64,000 bases of DNA from an uncultured Candidatus Binatia bacterium (GTDB lineage Bacteria; Desulfobacterota; Binatia; UBA9968; JAJDTQ01): the NCBI GenBank assembly GCA_965215605.1, contig OZ244070.1:3072001-3136000 (forward strand), written 5' to 3'. A program made the translations under genes and the position numbers. The stretch's first letter is position 1, and every line of letters begins with the position of its first letter. Positions 19,746 to 29,964 of this stretch are shown here, piece after piece. Under the pieces are notes generated by a model, which saw nothing but the letters and a program-made list of their open reading frames with translations, made no database searches and was not told the DNA's origin.

Positions 19746-20342
19746 ATGGCACAGATCACCGACCCGTTGCGGCAACACGATTGGAACTCAGAGGAATACG
19801 TCGAGGACTGGGCTCAGCGCCAGCGGCGCAACGAGACCCTGCGCGCCCGGCAGTTCGCGCTCATGGCGAGCCTGGCGCCTTTCGAGAACGAGGCCGCCTT
19901 CCGGTTCATGGACGTGGGGTGCGGCTACGGGGCGCTGAGCAAGTACCTGCTGGAGACCTTTCCCGGCGCCACCGCCGTGTGCCATGACGGCTCGGCGGCC
20001 ATGGCGAAGCTGGGCAGCGAGCGCATGAAGGATCTCGGAGGACGGTTCGAGTACGTGATCTCCGACTTCAGCAAGAAGGACTGGAGCCGGGTGGCCGGCG
20101 GCGAGTTCGATCTCGTGGTCTCGTGCAACGCCATCCACAACGTCCGGGCCGGCGAGATCATCCAGGCCGTCTACGAGGAGATCTTCGGGCGCGTGCGGTC
20201 CGGCGGCCGGTTCTTCAACCTCGACCGCGGCTCGGCCTCGATGGAGGACCAGCTAGCCTGGTTCAAGGGTGCCGGGTTCCAGGACGTGACCTGCCACCAG
20301 AAGAGCTCGGGACTCTCGCTCTACGGCGGTTCCAAGCCCTGA
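19746..20342 (+). CDS. Class I SAM-dependent methyltransferase
   Basis: MDVGCGYG, FDLVVS.NAIH and GGRFFNLD; GGAGG RBS. Confidence 0.9.
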   Translation: MAQITDPLRQHDWNSEEYVEDWAQRQRRNETLRARQFALMASLAPFENEAAFRFMDVGCGYGALSKYLLETFPGATAVCHDGSAAMAKLGSERMKDLGGRFEYVISDFSKKDWSRVAGGEFDLVVSCNAIHNVRAGEIIQAVYEEIFGRVRSGGRFFNLDRGSASMEDQLAWFKGAGFQDVTCHQKSSGLSLYGGSKP

Positions 20343-20388
20343 TCCTTCCGGCCCTAGTGTCCTGCGCAGGACACTAAGGTCCTCCTCG

Positions 20389-21579
20389 ATGACGGGTCCA
20401 CGGGCCGGCAGCCTCGCACTGCTATACAGCACGGTCCTGCTCATGAGCTTGGGGCAGGGCATGGTGTTTCCCACCATTCCGCTGCTGGCGTCGTCCTTCG
20501 CGGTCTCCGCCGGGCTCGCCGTGCAGGTGGTTACCGCCCATGCCTTGGGCCGCACCATCATCCTGATCCCGGCGGGCCTGCTCCTCGACCGGTCCGGAGC
20601 CAAGACCACCATGCTGGTGGGAAGCGCCCTGGTCCTGTGCGGCGCTTTCGTGACCGCCGTCACCCCTTACTTCCTGTTGTTTTTTGTCGGGCAGTTCCTC
20701 GCCGGCGTCGGCGACAGCGTTTGGACCATGGGCCGGGAGGTTTCCGGCGTCGAGATGGTGCCGCAGCACCAGCGGGGCCGCCTGCTGAGCGGTTTCATGG
20801 GGGTCAAGTCGGCCGGCATGGCCATCGGCCCGGTGGTGGGCGGGATCATCACCCAGTGGGTAGGGTTTCGGATGGTGTTTACGGTTTACGCGGCCGTGGC
20901 CCTGGTCGTGTTCGTGACCGCGCTGCTGGCCCGAAAGGACGCGGTCCGGGCCAGAGTCGGCAGGGTCGCCTGGTGGGGAAAGGTCTCGGACGTCCTCCCG
21001 CACCTCCGTGCCACCTTCGTGGCGCTCGTGTTCGCGACCTTCAGCATGCAGATGTACCGCACCGCCCTGCAAGGCATGCTGCCGCTGTATGCCGGGGTGG
21101 AGTTGGGCTACTCCGCGGCGCATGTGGGCGGCCTTTTCGGCGTGTCCGGCGTGTTCGTCCTGCTCATGATCCTGCCCGCCGGCTTCATCACCGACCGCGT
21201 CGGGCGCAAGTACGCCAGCGTCCCCAGCACCGCGCTGCCGGGCATCGCGTTCCTGGCCTTCCCGTTCGCCTCGACGATGCCGCAACTCGTGGCGATCATG
21301 CTGGTGATCGGCCTCGCCCAGGGCATGTCCCTGGGCGCCCTGGCGGTGTCCACCTACGACGTGATCCCGGCGGAGTCCCGGGGACGCCTTCAGGGGCTCC
21401 GCCGTACCGTGGGCGAGTCCGGGGCGGTGATGGGTCCGCTGCTGGGCGGCTGGCTCGTTGATCTGGTCAGCGCCGGCCGGACGTTCCTCTTCTATGCCCC
21501 CATCCTGCTGGCCGCCGCCGCCGGATTGGCGTTCGTGGCGAAAGAAACCCTGGTGAAGACGAAAGGCAACCCCGTTTGA
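20389..21579 (+). CDS. MFS transporter
   Basis: About 12 hydrophobic segments; GLLLDRSG and GFITDRVGRK motif A repeats. Confidence 0.9.
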   Translation: MTGPRAGSLALLYSTVLLMSLGQGMVFPTIPLLASSFAVSAGLAVQVVTAHALGRTIILIPAGLLLDRSGAKTTMLVGSALVLCGAFVTAVTPYFLLFFVGQFLAGVGDSVWTMGREVSGVEMVPQHQRGRLLSGFMGVKSAGMAIGPVVGGIITQWVGFRMVFTVYAAVALVVFVTALLARKDAVRARVGRVAWWGKVSDVLPHLRATFVALVFATFSMQMYRTALQGMLPLYAGVELGYSAAHVGGLFGVSGVFVLLMILPAGFITDRVGRKYASVPSTALPGIAFLAFPFASTMPQLVAIMLVIGLAQGMSLGALAVSTYDVIPAESRGRLQGLRRTVGESGAVMGPLLGGWLVDLVSAGRTFLFYAPILLAAAAGLAFVAKETLVKTKGNPV

Positions 21580-21676
21580 CAAGAACTCGGCCAAGGCTCC
21601 ATCATGAACCCCCGCGAGCGGTGAACGCGGGAACGGGTGGAGACATGCATGATGGGTTCGAACATGGGAGGCTTGA

Positions 21677-22561
21677 ATGCGCAAGGATACGATCGATCCG
21701 AAGGTTTTCGATCTCTACGACGAGTATTGCCACAGCATGATGGACCGCCGTGAGTTTCTCCGGCGCGCCAGCGCCCTGGCCGTCGTCGGCGGGTCCGGGC
21801 TGCTGATGGCGCGTGCGCTGCTGCCGGATTACGCCGCGGCGCAGATGATTTCGTTCACCGACAAGCGCATCAAGGCGCGCTATGTCGAGTACGATTCGCC
21901 CGGCGGCAACTCCGGCAGGATGCGGGGTTATCTGGTGCAGCCGGCCGGCGCGGGACCGTTTCCGGCGGTTCTGGTCATTCACGAGAACCGCGGCCTCAAT
22001 CCCCATATCGAGGATGTCGCGCGGCGCGCCGCGGTCGCGGGGTTCCTCGCCCTGGCCCCCGACGGTCTCTCGCCCATCGGCGGCTATCCCGGCAATGACG
22101 ACGACGGCAAGAAGATGCAGCGGAGCCTCGATCGAGGCAAACTGCGCACGGACCTTCTCAACAGCGCCAGGTATGTCAAAACCCACTCGCTGTCCAACGG
22201 AAAGCTGGGGGCCACCGGCTTCTGCTTCGGCGGCGGGGTGGTCAACTTCCTCGCGGTCCGGATGGGAAGCGATCTGAACGCCGGCGTGCCGTTCTACGGC
22301 TCCGCCCCGAAAGACGCGGCCGACGTCGCCAAGATCAAGGCGCCGCTGCTGATCCACTACGCCGAGAACGACCCGCGCATCAACAAGCAGGCTCCCGGCT
22401 ATGCGGCCGGCCTGACGGCCAACGGCGTATCCCACGAGGCGCATACCTATCCCGGAACGCGCCACGGCTTTCACAACAACTCGACGCCGCGCTACGATGA
22501 AGCCGCCGCGAAGCTTGCGTGGGAGCGGACGGTGGCCTTCTTCAAGAAGCATCTGTCGTAA
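21677..22561 (+). CDS. Dienelactone hydrolase-family protein (YghX-like, Tat motif)
   Basis: FDLYDEYCH..MDRREFL; HENRGLNPHIEDVARR; GFCFGG; HGFHN. Confidence 0.92.
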   Translation: MRKDTIDPKVFDLYDEYCHSMMDRREFLRRASALAVVGGSGLLMARALLPDYAAAQMISFTDKRIKARYVEYDSPGGNSGRMRGYLVQPAGAGPFPAVLVIHENRGLNPHIEDVARRAAVAGFLALAPDGLSPIGGYPGNDDDGKKMQRSLDRGKLRTDLLNSARYVKTHSLSNGKLGATGFCFGGGVVNFLAVRMGSDLNAGVPFYGSAPKDAADVAKIKAPLLIHYAENDPRINKQAPGYAAGLTANGVSHEAHTYPGTRHGFHNNSTPRYDEAAAKLAWERTVAFFKKHLS

Positions 22562-22634
22562 ACGATCAGCCGCCATACCAACCGCGTGAAACCGGCGGCC
22601 CTGTGGCCGCCGGCACCGGGTGCATTGAGGTGCG

Positions 22635-23063
22635 ATGACCGAACCATGGCAATACCAGCTACGCCTCACTCTGGCGGATGCATTCGCCGAGGCAGCCCGG
22701 CGCGGCGGCGGCAATCCGGCTATGGAGCCACTCACCGAGTTGCTGGGCCGGCACGACGCAACGCTGAAGTGCCAGTACGATGCCTTCGCCGGCTATTGCG
22801 CCGAAGCCGAGCAACGGGGCGTCGACAGATACCCCCTCTACGCCTGGACCAGGGCCACCATCGAAGATCCCGCCAAGAAGGCCAGGTACATCAGGTCCTT
22901 CACCATCTACGTGGACGGAGACGAGGTCTACTCCAAGGCCAAGGCCGATGCGTTGGAGGCGGAGTTGCAGCCCTTGGTCGGCGGCGCCGTGGTGACCGCC
23001 ATGGCCAGACACGACACCAATCCCGCCAACAACCCGCAGCCGCCGAAACGTTACCGGTCGTGA
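22635..23063 (+). CDS. Conserved hypothetical protein
   Basis: GAGG RBS, coding-like composition; CQYDAFAGY..EAE..G...YPLY.WT and DTNPANNPQPP look conserved. Confidence 0.7.
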   Translation: MTEPWQYQLRLTLADAFAEAARRGGGNPAMEPLTELLGRHDATLKCQYDAFAGYCAEAEQRGVDRYPLYAWTRATIEDPAKKARYIRSFTIYVDGDEVYSKAKADALEAELQPLVGGAVVTAMARHDTNPANNPQPPKRYRS

Positions 23064-23304
23064 ACGTCATAATCGACTCTGTACGAGAACGGGGAGTTCT
23101 AAGCGTTTTCGTGGATGAGTAATCGATTCTGTACGTACAGTCTCGATGATAGTGACCTCAGCGCCTCCTTCCCGTTTCTTTGATTGGTTCAGTGGTACAA
23201 GGAACAGGCGCTGTATTGCGGTATTGGTTGTAATCGTTTTTAAATAGAATTAGCCTGATCTAATTCTTATTGCACGGTTGTAACCACATCTGGATGAAAA
23301 AAAC

Positions 23305-24804
23305 GTGAGTAACGAGGAAAAGGCTCCCATCGGCCAGGCTTGGCTCAGGCGAGAGATGGCTTTGGCGGTGCCGCCCCCGGCAACGGAGAGCTATGTCGTC
23401 GCCAGTGCCCGGCGAACCGAGGTGCACGGCCCGCGGACCATCGAGTTGTATCCCCGATCCTATGCCACGGAGAGGACCTTGGCGGCTCACCTCCGATTTG
23501 CACTGCGTCATGAGCCACTGGACCTCGGCGTTCTGGTCGCGGCTCTCAAGGCCATCAAGCCCTCCGAGTTGGAAGCCTGGGTGCGGGCAGAGCCTACCGG
23601 CGCCTTCAGCCGCCGGGCGTGGTTTTTCTACGAGTCCTTTACAGGGAGAACGCTGGATGTAGAGGACGTCCGCACCGGCAATTACGTGGCGGCTCTCAAT
23701 CCCGACAAGCATATCGTTGCCGAAAGACGCAATTCTCCGCGCCACCGCGTAGCCGACAACCTGCTTGGCGGCCCCGCTTTCAGCCCGACCGTGCGGCGCA
23801 CACCGCGACTCATGGAGCAGATGGGCGCGCGGCTGGACCAGGAAGCGCGGACGCTCCTCGATAGCTATGACCCGCTGCTCCTCGTCCGCGCGGTGAACTA
23901 TCTCTACACGAAAGAGACGCGCTCCTCATTCGCCATCGAGGGCGAGACACCGAGCGCGAAGCGCACCGAGCGGTTTGTCGCTGCCCTGAGAGCGGCGCCG
24001 GATTTTGATCCGAGCGACAAGATGGCATTGGTCCGCCTGCAGGGAGACATTGTCGATCCGCGCTACGCGGCCGCGGATTGGCGCGATTTCCAGAACTTCG
24101 TCGGCGCCATTGTCCAAGGGTACCGCGAAGAGGTCCATTTCATATGCCCGCGGCCTGAAGATGTGCCCAGCCTGATGGCTGCCTGGATGGCGTCGACGCA
24201 GCGTATCCTGGACGGCAGAGTCGAGCCCGTCGTCGCGGCGGCGGTCTGTGCCTTCGCCTTCGTCTTCATCCACCCCTTCGAGGACGGCAACGGACGCATC
24301 CACCGTTTCCTGGTACACCACGTCCTTGCAAAATGCGCCTATAGTCCGCCCGACGTTGTCTTTCCCGTCTCGGCGGCCATATTGCGCGACCGCCGTCGTT
24401 ACGACGAGGTGCTCGAAGGCTTTTCGCGGCCGATTTCCGAATTTGTCCAATGGCGATGGACGGGAGAGCGAGGGATTGTCGTCGAGAACGACACCAGTGA
24501 CCTTTACCGTTACTTCGACGCGACGGCGTTCGTCGAATACCTCTATGATCGCGTGGCCGAGACGGTTCGCCGTGACCTCAAGGAAGAACTCGGGTTCATT
24601 GCCACCTTCGACAGGGCGTTTGAAGCGGCTCGCGCCATTGTCGATATGCCGGATCGCCGGGCATCGCTGCTTGTGCGACTGTGCATGCAGAATGGCGGAC
24701 GCCTCTCGGCTACCAAGCGCGGCCAATTCAAGGAACTGGATGACTCCGAGATCGCTGCAATGGAAGCGGCGGTCCAGGACGCCATCCGCTCGGATGTCTG
24801 GTAG
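23305..24804 (+). CDS. Fic-domain protein (putative AMPylase)
   Basis: HPFEDGNGRIHR catalytic motif; SFAIEG inhibitory-helix motif. Confidence 0.92.
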   Translation: MSNEEKAPIGQAWLRREMALAVPPPATESYVVASARRTEVHGPRTIELYPRSYATERTLAAHLRFALRHEPLDLGVLVAALKAIKPSELEAWVRAEPTGAFSRRAWFFYESFTGRTLDVEDVRTGNYVAALNPDKHIVAERRNSPRHRVADNLLGGPAFSPTVRRTPRLMEQMGARLDQEARTLLDSYDPLLLVRAVNYLYTKETRSSFAIEGETPSAKRTERFVAALRAAPDFDPSDKMALVRLQGDIVDPRYAAADWRDFQNFVGAIVQGYREEVHFICPRPEDVPSLMAAWMASTQRILDGRVEPVVAAAVCAFAFVFIHPFEDGNGRIHRFLVHHVLAKCAYSPPDVVFPVSAAILRDRRRYDEVLEGFSRPISEFVQWRWTGERGIVVENDTSDLYRYFDATAFVEYLYDRVAETVRRDLKEELGFIATFDRAFEAARAIVDMPDRRASLLVRLCMQNGGRLSATKRGQFKELDDSEIAAMEAAVQDAIRSDVW

Positions 24805-24998
24805 GGCAGGGCCGGTTCGCTACCGCGCCTGAGAACGGCCATCGAGTCCACACAAGGACCTCCGCCCCATCGCGTCGAAACTGATGCCTCGGATCATCGA
24901 TGAGGCCAAGACCGGCCGGCCCGGCCGGTGGGTGGCGCCGCGACCTTGCGCATTGCCCGGTGAACCCGGTAGAAGATTCAGTTTTGGAGGCATGGGCC

Positions 24999-25565
24999 GT
25001 GTCTGGAAATGAAACTCGAAGGCGCAGGGAAGGAATCCTTTTTCTCGTCGGGTTCGGGTTGTGCATCCCGGCCGCCAACTGGCTCATCGGCAACGTGGGA
25101 ACGGTTTGTCCGCCGGACGCACCGTGCCTGATCCCGGTGGCGCCGGGGGTCATGGCGCCCAGCGGGGTGGTGACCATCGGGCTGGCGTTCGTTCTGCGCG
25201 ATCTGGTGCAGCGGCGGATCGGGGTCCGGTGGGCGGCGGTTGCCGTGGTCCTGGGCGCCGGCCTGTCCGCGTTTTCCGCCCCGCCGGCGCTGGTGGCGGC
25301 GTCCGGTACGGCCTACCTGTTCTCCGAGACCGCCGACCTCGCCGTCTACACGCCGTTGCAACGGCGCCGCCTGCTGCTCGCGGTGTTCGCCAGCAGCATC
25401 GTGGGTCTTGTGGTCGACAGCATCCTGTTCCTGTATCTGGCGTTCGGGAGCATCGAGTTCCTGGCGGGACAGGTCATCGGGAAAACCTGGATGGTCGTCC
25501 TTGCTTTGCCTTTCATCGTCCTGTTGCGCCGGCGCGACGAACGCCTGGGCTTGACGGCGGCTTGA
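24999..25565 (+). CDS. VUT family membrane protein (queuosine-precursor transporter YhhQ-like)
   Basis: IG.AFVLRDLVQ, SETADLAVYTPL, S..VG..VDS..FL..AFG and GQ..GK; GGAGG before GTG 24999. Confidence 0.82.
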   Translation: MSGNETRRRREGILFLVGFGLCIPAANWLIGNVGTVCPPDAPCLIPVAPGVMAPSGVVTIGLAFVLRDLVQRRIGVRWAAVAVVLGAGLSAFSAPPALVAASGTAYLFSETADLAVYTPLQRRRLLLAVFASSIVGLVVDSILFLYLAFGSIEFLAGQVIGKTWMVVLALPFIVLLRRRDERLGLTAA

Positions 25566-25591
25566 ATTTCGCCAAAGGCTCGGAAATGGAG

Positions 25592-27343
25592 TTACGACAC
25601 CATCCCCGCCTTTGGGGCGGGGAAACGGCGCGGCTGTCCGCTGCCACCCATGGCATTCATGGTCATGATCTCGATGATGTCGCTGCTGGTGACCGCGCCC
25701 AAGAACTCTTCCGAATCCCTTTCCATGACCGGCATGACGGAAAGAGAACTCTCTGACATGCGGTGCAGCACATCTTCGACTTGCTCATCAGGCCAGGCCG
25801 ATGGGGTTTGGCGGCGTACCACGGCGTCGAGCGGGGTCTTGTCCCAAGCGTCCTTGGGCAGGTAGCGGAGCATCTCCAGGGATACGATCCCGACCAGCGC
25901 TCCCTTATCTGCCACGACGTAGTGGAACTGGTGCGGAACGACCCACTGCTCCGTGAAATCACGCACTGTGATCGAAGACGCGGGATGCAGCTGCGAGCGG
26001 TCCAGAATGTCATCAATCGTGATGTCTTCCAGCGCGAAGCGGACTATTCCCACCGGAATGTCGTCAAGTTGCGCCGGCAGGTCGGTCCTGCGGCTGGCCC
26101 GGCTCACGGCGAAGCTGATCACCGCCGGCATGAACAGGATGTAGCAGAACATGACCAGCACCAAGAACGAGAAAATCACCTCGTCAATGATCCCAGAGTC
26201 CCACATAACCAGCAGCAGCGCGATTTCAGCCACTCCCTTACCCATCAGCCCGGTGGCCACGGCGTAGGGAACGGTGAGGCGGGACACGTAAGCGCCGATG
26301 AAGGCGCCGATGAAGTTGCCGAGCAATGGGATCAGCGCCAACCCCGCCATGGCCTCCAGCGGCAAGTTGACGAAGGTAAAGCTGAAGCTCAATCCGGCGG
26401 AAGCGAAGAAGAGGGGTACGAAAAACCCCTCGGCCACGCTGCGAATCCCCGGGACGATCTCCCGCTGCACTTGGTAAGGAAGGTTCGACAGCGACGCCCC
26501 GAACAGTAAAGCACCCAGTGAGCCGTGGAGTCCTACTGCTTCCGCGCCGTACACTGTCAGGAAGAGCATGCCAAGCAGCAAACCCAAGGAAAGTTGCGGC
26601 ACCTGGAACACCCGCTGCAACAGCGCCACCAACGGTGGCAGCACCCGCGACGACGAGACCCAGGTCACCACCACAAAACCGGCCACTTTGCCCAGCAAAA
26701 TCAGTATGCCGCCAACCGAAACCTGGTGGGCCTGTTCGCCGATGCTGAAGCCGATCAGCAGCAGGGCAATCAACTCGGCGATGATCACCACCGTGAAAAT
26801 TTGCAGTCCGATCGGCTGTTTCAGGTGTCCGCCTTCCGTCAGCACTTTGGCCACGATGCCCAGACTGGTCATCGACAGCACGCCGGCCAACGCCAGCGAC
26901 TCGGTGAAATTCAGTTTCAGTCCGAAATCGAAAACCAAGTCGGTGGTGACCAGCATCGAAATGCCCAGTGACACGATCACCGACAGCACGGCCGCGAGGA
27001 AATAATGGCCCTTGAGGGACGCCATGAAACTGGAAATATCCACTTCGTCCAGGCCGATCAGGAAAAAGAATATGAACACACCCAGCGCCAAAACCAGTTC
27101 GAGGTGCAGCGAAGACTCGATCCACCAGACGCCGGTCAGTTCCATGGTCGGCCCAAGCAACATTCCGGTCGCCGCATAGGCTACGATGGAGCTCAAGCGC
27201 AGCCTGTGAAAAACGCCCTCGGCCAACTTGGCAACGATGACGAGCATCCCGAGAGTCAACAGCGCTTGTTGCAGTTCATGCGGGTGCTCGTTGAAACTGA
27301 ACAGCTCCAACAAGTCTTTGAGCGAGAGGCCTGCAATGGACAT
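25592..27343 (-). CDS. Cation:proton antiporter (CPA2-like) with C-terminal CBS pair
   Basis: Many TM helices; FLIGLDE, TSLGIVAKVL, FVPLFFAS.G and KGVAE; GIVS and GAVT..DI CBS motifs. Confidence 0.85.
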   Translation of the reverse strand: MSIAGLSLKDLLELFSFNEHPHELQQALLTLGMLVIVAKLAEGVFHRLRLSSIVAYAATGMLLGPTMELTGVWWIESSLHLELVLALGVFIFFFLIGLDEVDISSFMASLKGHYFLAAVLSVIVSLGISMLVTTDLVFDFGLKLNFTESLALAGVLSMTSLGIVAKVLTEGGHLKQPIGLQIFTVVIIAELIALLLIGFSIGEQAHQVSVGGILILLGKVAGFVVVTWVSSSRVLPPLVALLQRVFQVPQLSLGLLLGMLFLTVYGAEAVGLHGSLGALLFGASLSNLPYQVQREIVPGIRSVAEGFFVPLFFASAGLSFSFTFVNLPLEAMAGLALIPLLGNFIGAFIGAYVSRLTVPYAVATGLMGKGVAEIALLLVMWDSGIIDEVIFSFLVLVMFCYILFMPAVISFAVSRASRRTDLPAQLDDIPVGIVRFALEDITIDDILDRSQLHPASSITVRDFTEQWVVPHQFHYVVADKGALVGIVSLEMLRYLPKDAWDKTPLDAVVRRQTPSAWPDEQVEDVLHRMSESSLSVMPVMERDSEEFLGAVTSSDIIEIMTMNAMGGSGQPRRFPAPKAGMVS

Positions 27344-27381
27344 CCTGAGGTTCTCCGTGGGCGCCGTTTGGGGGGTCTTCG

Positions 27382-28656
27382 TTACGGGCGTGTCAGTTTT
27401 TCGACCCGGTGGTACTTGCCGTCCGTCCCAAGAACGGTCAGGAACACGGCATCGGATCCCTGATTGTCGTCCGGTCCGTATTTGAGTTGCATGCCGTCAA
27501 TTTCCATGGCTCCGGCATCTCGCACCGCGTGGAGAAGACACTCTCGACTCAGGTCGGGGCCGCAGGCTTTGAGACCGACGACGGCCAGGCGTCCGGCCAG
27601 ATAACCTTCCAACGAAACGAACCCGGGTTCCGCCTGGGGGTCGTACTCGGAGAGGGCGGCGTGGTATCGAGCCACCAAGGGGATGGTCTTGTCATGGGGG
27701 AGAGGAACGACTTGCGTAACGTACACGCCGGCCCCGTCGGGCCCCAACTCTTTCGCCAAAGCGTTGCTCCCCACAAAGGAGACCGTCATGAATACCGGGT
27801 CCAGCTCCCGCCGCACCAACTCCAGGGTCCTCACCACCGGCTTGTAGGAGCCAATCAGGATCACCGCCTCCGGATTGGCAGCGGCGATCTTGTTCGCGGC
27901 TCCCTTCACGGCGCCGGTATTGCGTTGATAGTGCGAGGCAACGACCGGCTGCAGGCCCCGGCGCTCCAGTGCCAATCGCGTGCCCTCCAGCCCATTCAAC
28001 CCGAAGGAATCCTCCTGATACAGGACGGCGACGCGGGTGATCCCCAAATCCTCGGTGAGCCGCGTGACCATCTCCTCGGTTTCCTGGTAATACGATGCCC
28101 GGACGTTGAGCACATTGTCCAACTCCTGGTCGCGCAAGAACTCGGCCCCCGTGAACGGAGCCAGGAAGGGCACTCCGGCAGCCTTGGCCAGCGGCAGTGC
28201 AGCGCGGGACGTGGGTGTGCCTACCGCTCCGATCAGTGCGAATACCCTTTGATTCTCAATCAACCGTAGTGTGTTGGAAGCGGCAATGTCGGTTTCATAG
28301 GCGTCATCCAACGCCTTGAGCCTCAGTTCGCGGCGGTGGACGCCTCCTTCCCGATTGGCCTCGTGGAAGGCCGCCTCAATTCCCAGGCGCATCGCCTTGC
28401 CCAGTTCCTTGTTGGGCCCGGTGAACGCGGCGGATTGACCAAAAAGGACGTGGTCGCCGGACACCCCGGGGACCTCGCGGCCTTTTTCCCGCGCCGTTGC
28501 CGGGCGCGGCGTATTCATTCCCTTTCGGCCGTCAATTGGCTCGGAGGCCGCCTGCCCGTCCGGATACGCCACGCCAAGGGTCGCCAGCAGGACCCCTGCA
28601 ATTATCACGAGGAGGGGGGGTGTCAAGTGAGAATCCAAACACCGTGCGAGCTTCAT
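27382..28656 (-). CDS. Type I periplasmic binding protein (LivJ-like), orphan
   Basis: GQSAAFTGP, N..GGV..REL.L..LDD.Y, VGTPT, RASY..E and EGYLAG. Confidence 0.85.
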   Translation of the reverse strand: MKLARCLDSHLTPPLLVIIAGVLLATLGVAYPDGQAASEPIDGRKGMNTPRPATAREKGREVPGVSGDHVLFGQSAAFTGPNKELGKAMRLGIEAAFHEANREGGVHRRELRLKALDDAYETDIAASNTLRLIENQRVFALIGAVGTPTSRAALPLAKAAGVPFLAPFTGAEFLRDQELDNVLNVRASYYQETEEMVTRLTEDLGITRVAVLYQEDSFGLNGLEGTRLALERRGLQPVVASHYQRNTGAVKGAANKIAAANPEAVILIGSYKPVVRTLELVRRELDPVFMTVSFVGSNALAKELGPDGAGVYVTQVVPLPHDKTIPLVARYHAALSEYDPQAEPGFVSLEGYLAGRLAVVGLKACGPDLSRECLLHAVRDAGAMEIDGMQLKYGPDDNQGSDAVFLTVLGTDGKYHRVEKLTRP

Positions 28657-28999
28657 CCTGTGGCTTCCTCACTGGCAGGTTGTGGAAGAGTCGTGCGCAT
28701 TGCCAATACCGCCAATAGCAAGGACGGGACTGGCTCATTTGGCTCTGCAATCGAGGCGGTCCCGGTTAGCGGGGTAGCCTGGCGATTCGTTCAAGGGCAA
28801 CTCTGATTGATTCCGCCGTGTCATGCATGACACCATAAAATGGTCCGCCTTTCAATAAACGGGAGGTCCGGTTACGGTGGCGGGCACGAGGGTGCGTTCA
28901 GTGGAAGCACCGAAGGCACATTTCTCGGCCAACGCGGGGATCATGGGTGCTTCCGTCATTATCATTCATGGGGTATCATACAGACGGAAGGACAGAGCC

Positions 29000-29542
29000 A
29001 TGAAAGAACCCTTCAAGACGGACCTTGAGGCGATCCAGAAGCGTGCTCGCGAAAAGATGGAGCAGGGCGCCGTCACCGGCGCCTATTTGGCTGATCGCGA
29101 CCAGGTGCTTTCGGTACTGAACGAGGTTCTGGCGACCGAGATCGTGTGCATCCTGCGCTACAAGAACCACTACTTCATGGCCAGCGGGATCAACGCCGGG
29201 CCGGTGGCGGCGGAGTTCCTGCAGCACGCCAACGAGGAGCAGATGCACGCCGACTGGGTGGCCCAGCGTATCACCCAGCTCGGCGGCTCGCCCAATTTCA
29301 GCCCCGAAGGGCTGGCGACCCGCTCCCACGCCGACTACAAGGAGGGCGAAACCCTGGAGGCGATGATCAAGGAGGACCTGGTGGCCGAGCGCGTCGCCAT
29401 CGAGACCTACTCCGAGATCATACGCTGGCTCGCCAACGACGACCCCACCACCCGCAAGATTATCGAGGACATCCTCAAGATGGAAGAAGAGCACGCCGAC
29501 GACCTGGCGAGCCTGCTGGTGACGCTGGGGAAGAGTGGGTGA
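29000..29542 (+). CDS. Bacterioferritin-related ferritin-like protein
   Basis: LATE..C..RY..H, EEQMHAD, EDLVAERVAI..Y, DPTTR and EEEHADD ferroxidase motifs. Confidence 0.88.
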   Translation: MKEPFKTDLEAIQKRAREKMEQGAVTGAYLADRDQVLSVLNEVLATEIVCILRYKNHYFMASGINAGPVAAEFLQHANEEQMHADWVAQRITQLGGSPNFSPEGLATRSHADYKEGETLEAMIKEDLVAERVAIETYSEIIRWLANDDPTTRKIIEDILKMEEEHADDLASLLVTLGKSG

Positions 29543-29943
29543 AGCTCGTCATCGGCGCGGCGGCGGCGGCGGTCGTCGCCATGGCGGCATGGGCGCTGTG
29601 GCCGCGTGACCACGGAAGGCATCGCTCCGGCGGTGAACCGCGGCCCCCGGTGGCGGCGTCTTCGGCCGCCGGCATGCCCGGTGAAGCGCTGTTCAATCAG
29701 AAGTGCGCAATATGCCACGGCCAGCAAGCGGCCGGCTCTCCCCAGGGGCCGCCCCTGGTCCACCGGTACTATGAACCCGGTCATCATTCGGACATGTCGT
29801 TCGTGCTGGCGGTGAGAAGGGGCGTCCGGGCCCACCATTGGCGCTACGGCAACATGCCGCCGGTTCCGGGCGTCTCGGACGCCGACATCCAGGCCATCGT
29901 AGCCTATGTGCGCGCGTTGCAGCGGGCCAAGGGGATCTTCTGA
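29539..29943 (+). CDS. Membrane-anchored class I cytochrome c
   Basis: N-terminal TM, CAICH, GPPLVH..YEPGHH and HHW..GNMP; GTG overlaps the upstream TGA. Confidence 0.85.
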   Translation: MKLVIGAAAAAVVAMAAWALWPRDHGRHRSGGEPRPPVAASSAAGMPGEALFNQKCAICHGQQAAGSPQGPPLVHRYYEPGHHSDMSFVLAVRRGVRAHHWRYGNMPPVPGVSDADIQAIVAYVRALQRAKGIF

Positions 29944-29964
29944 GCAGCGTGGGAGCAACGACCC

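Noticed and set aside
23070-23135. Mini CRISPR array
   Set aside because: Only two 16-bp repeats and no cas genes in the window
24805-24998. preQ1 riboswitch upstream of the VUT transporter
   Set aside because: No recognisable preQ1 stem or A-rich tail
28955-28970. Fur box upstream of the ferritin-like gene
   Set aside because: Only a partial AATGATAAT match; too weak to call
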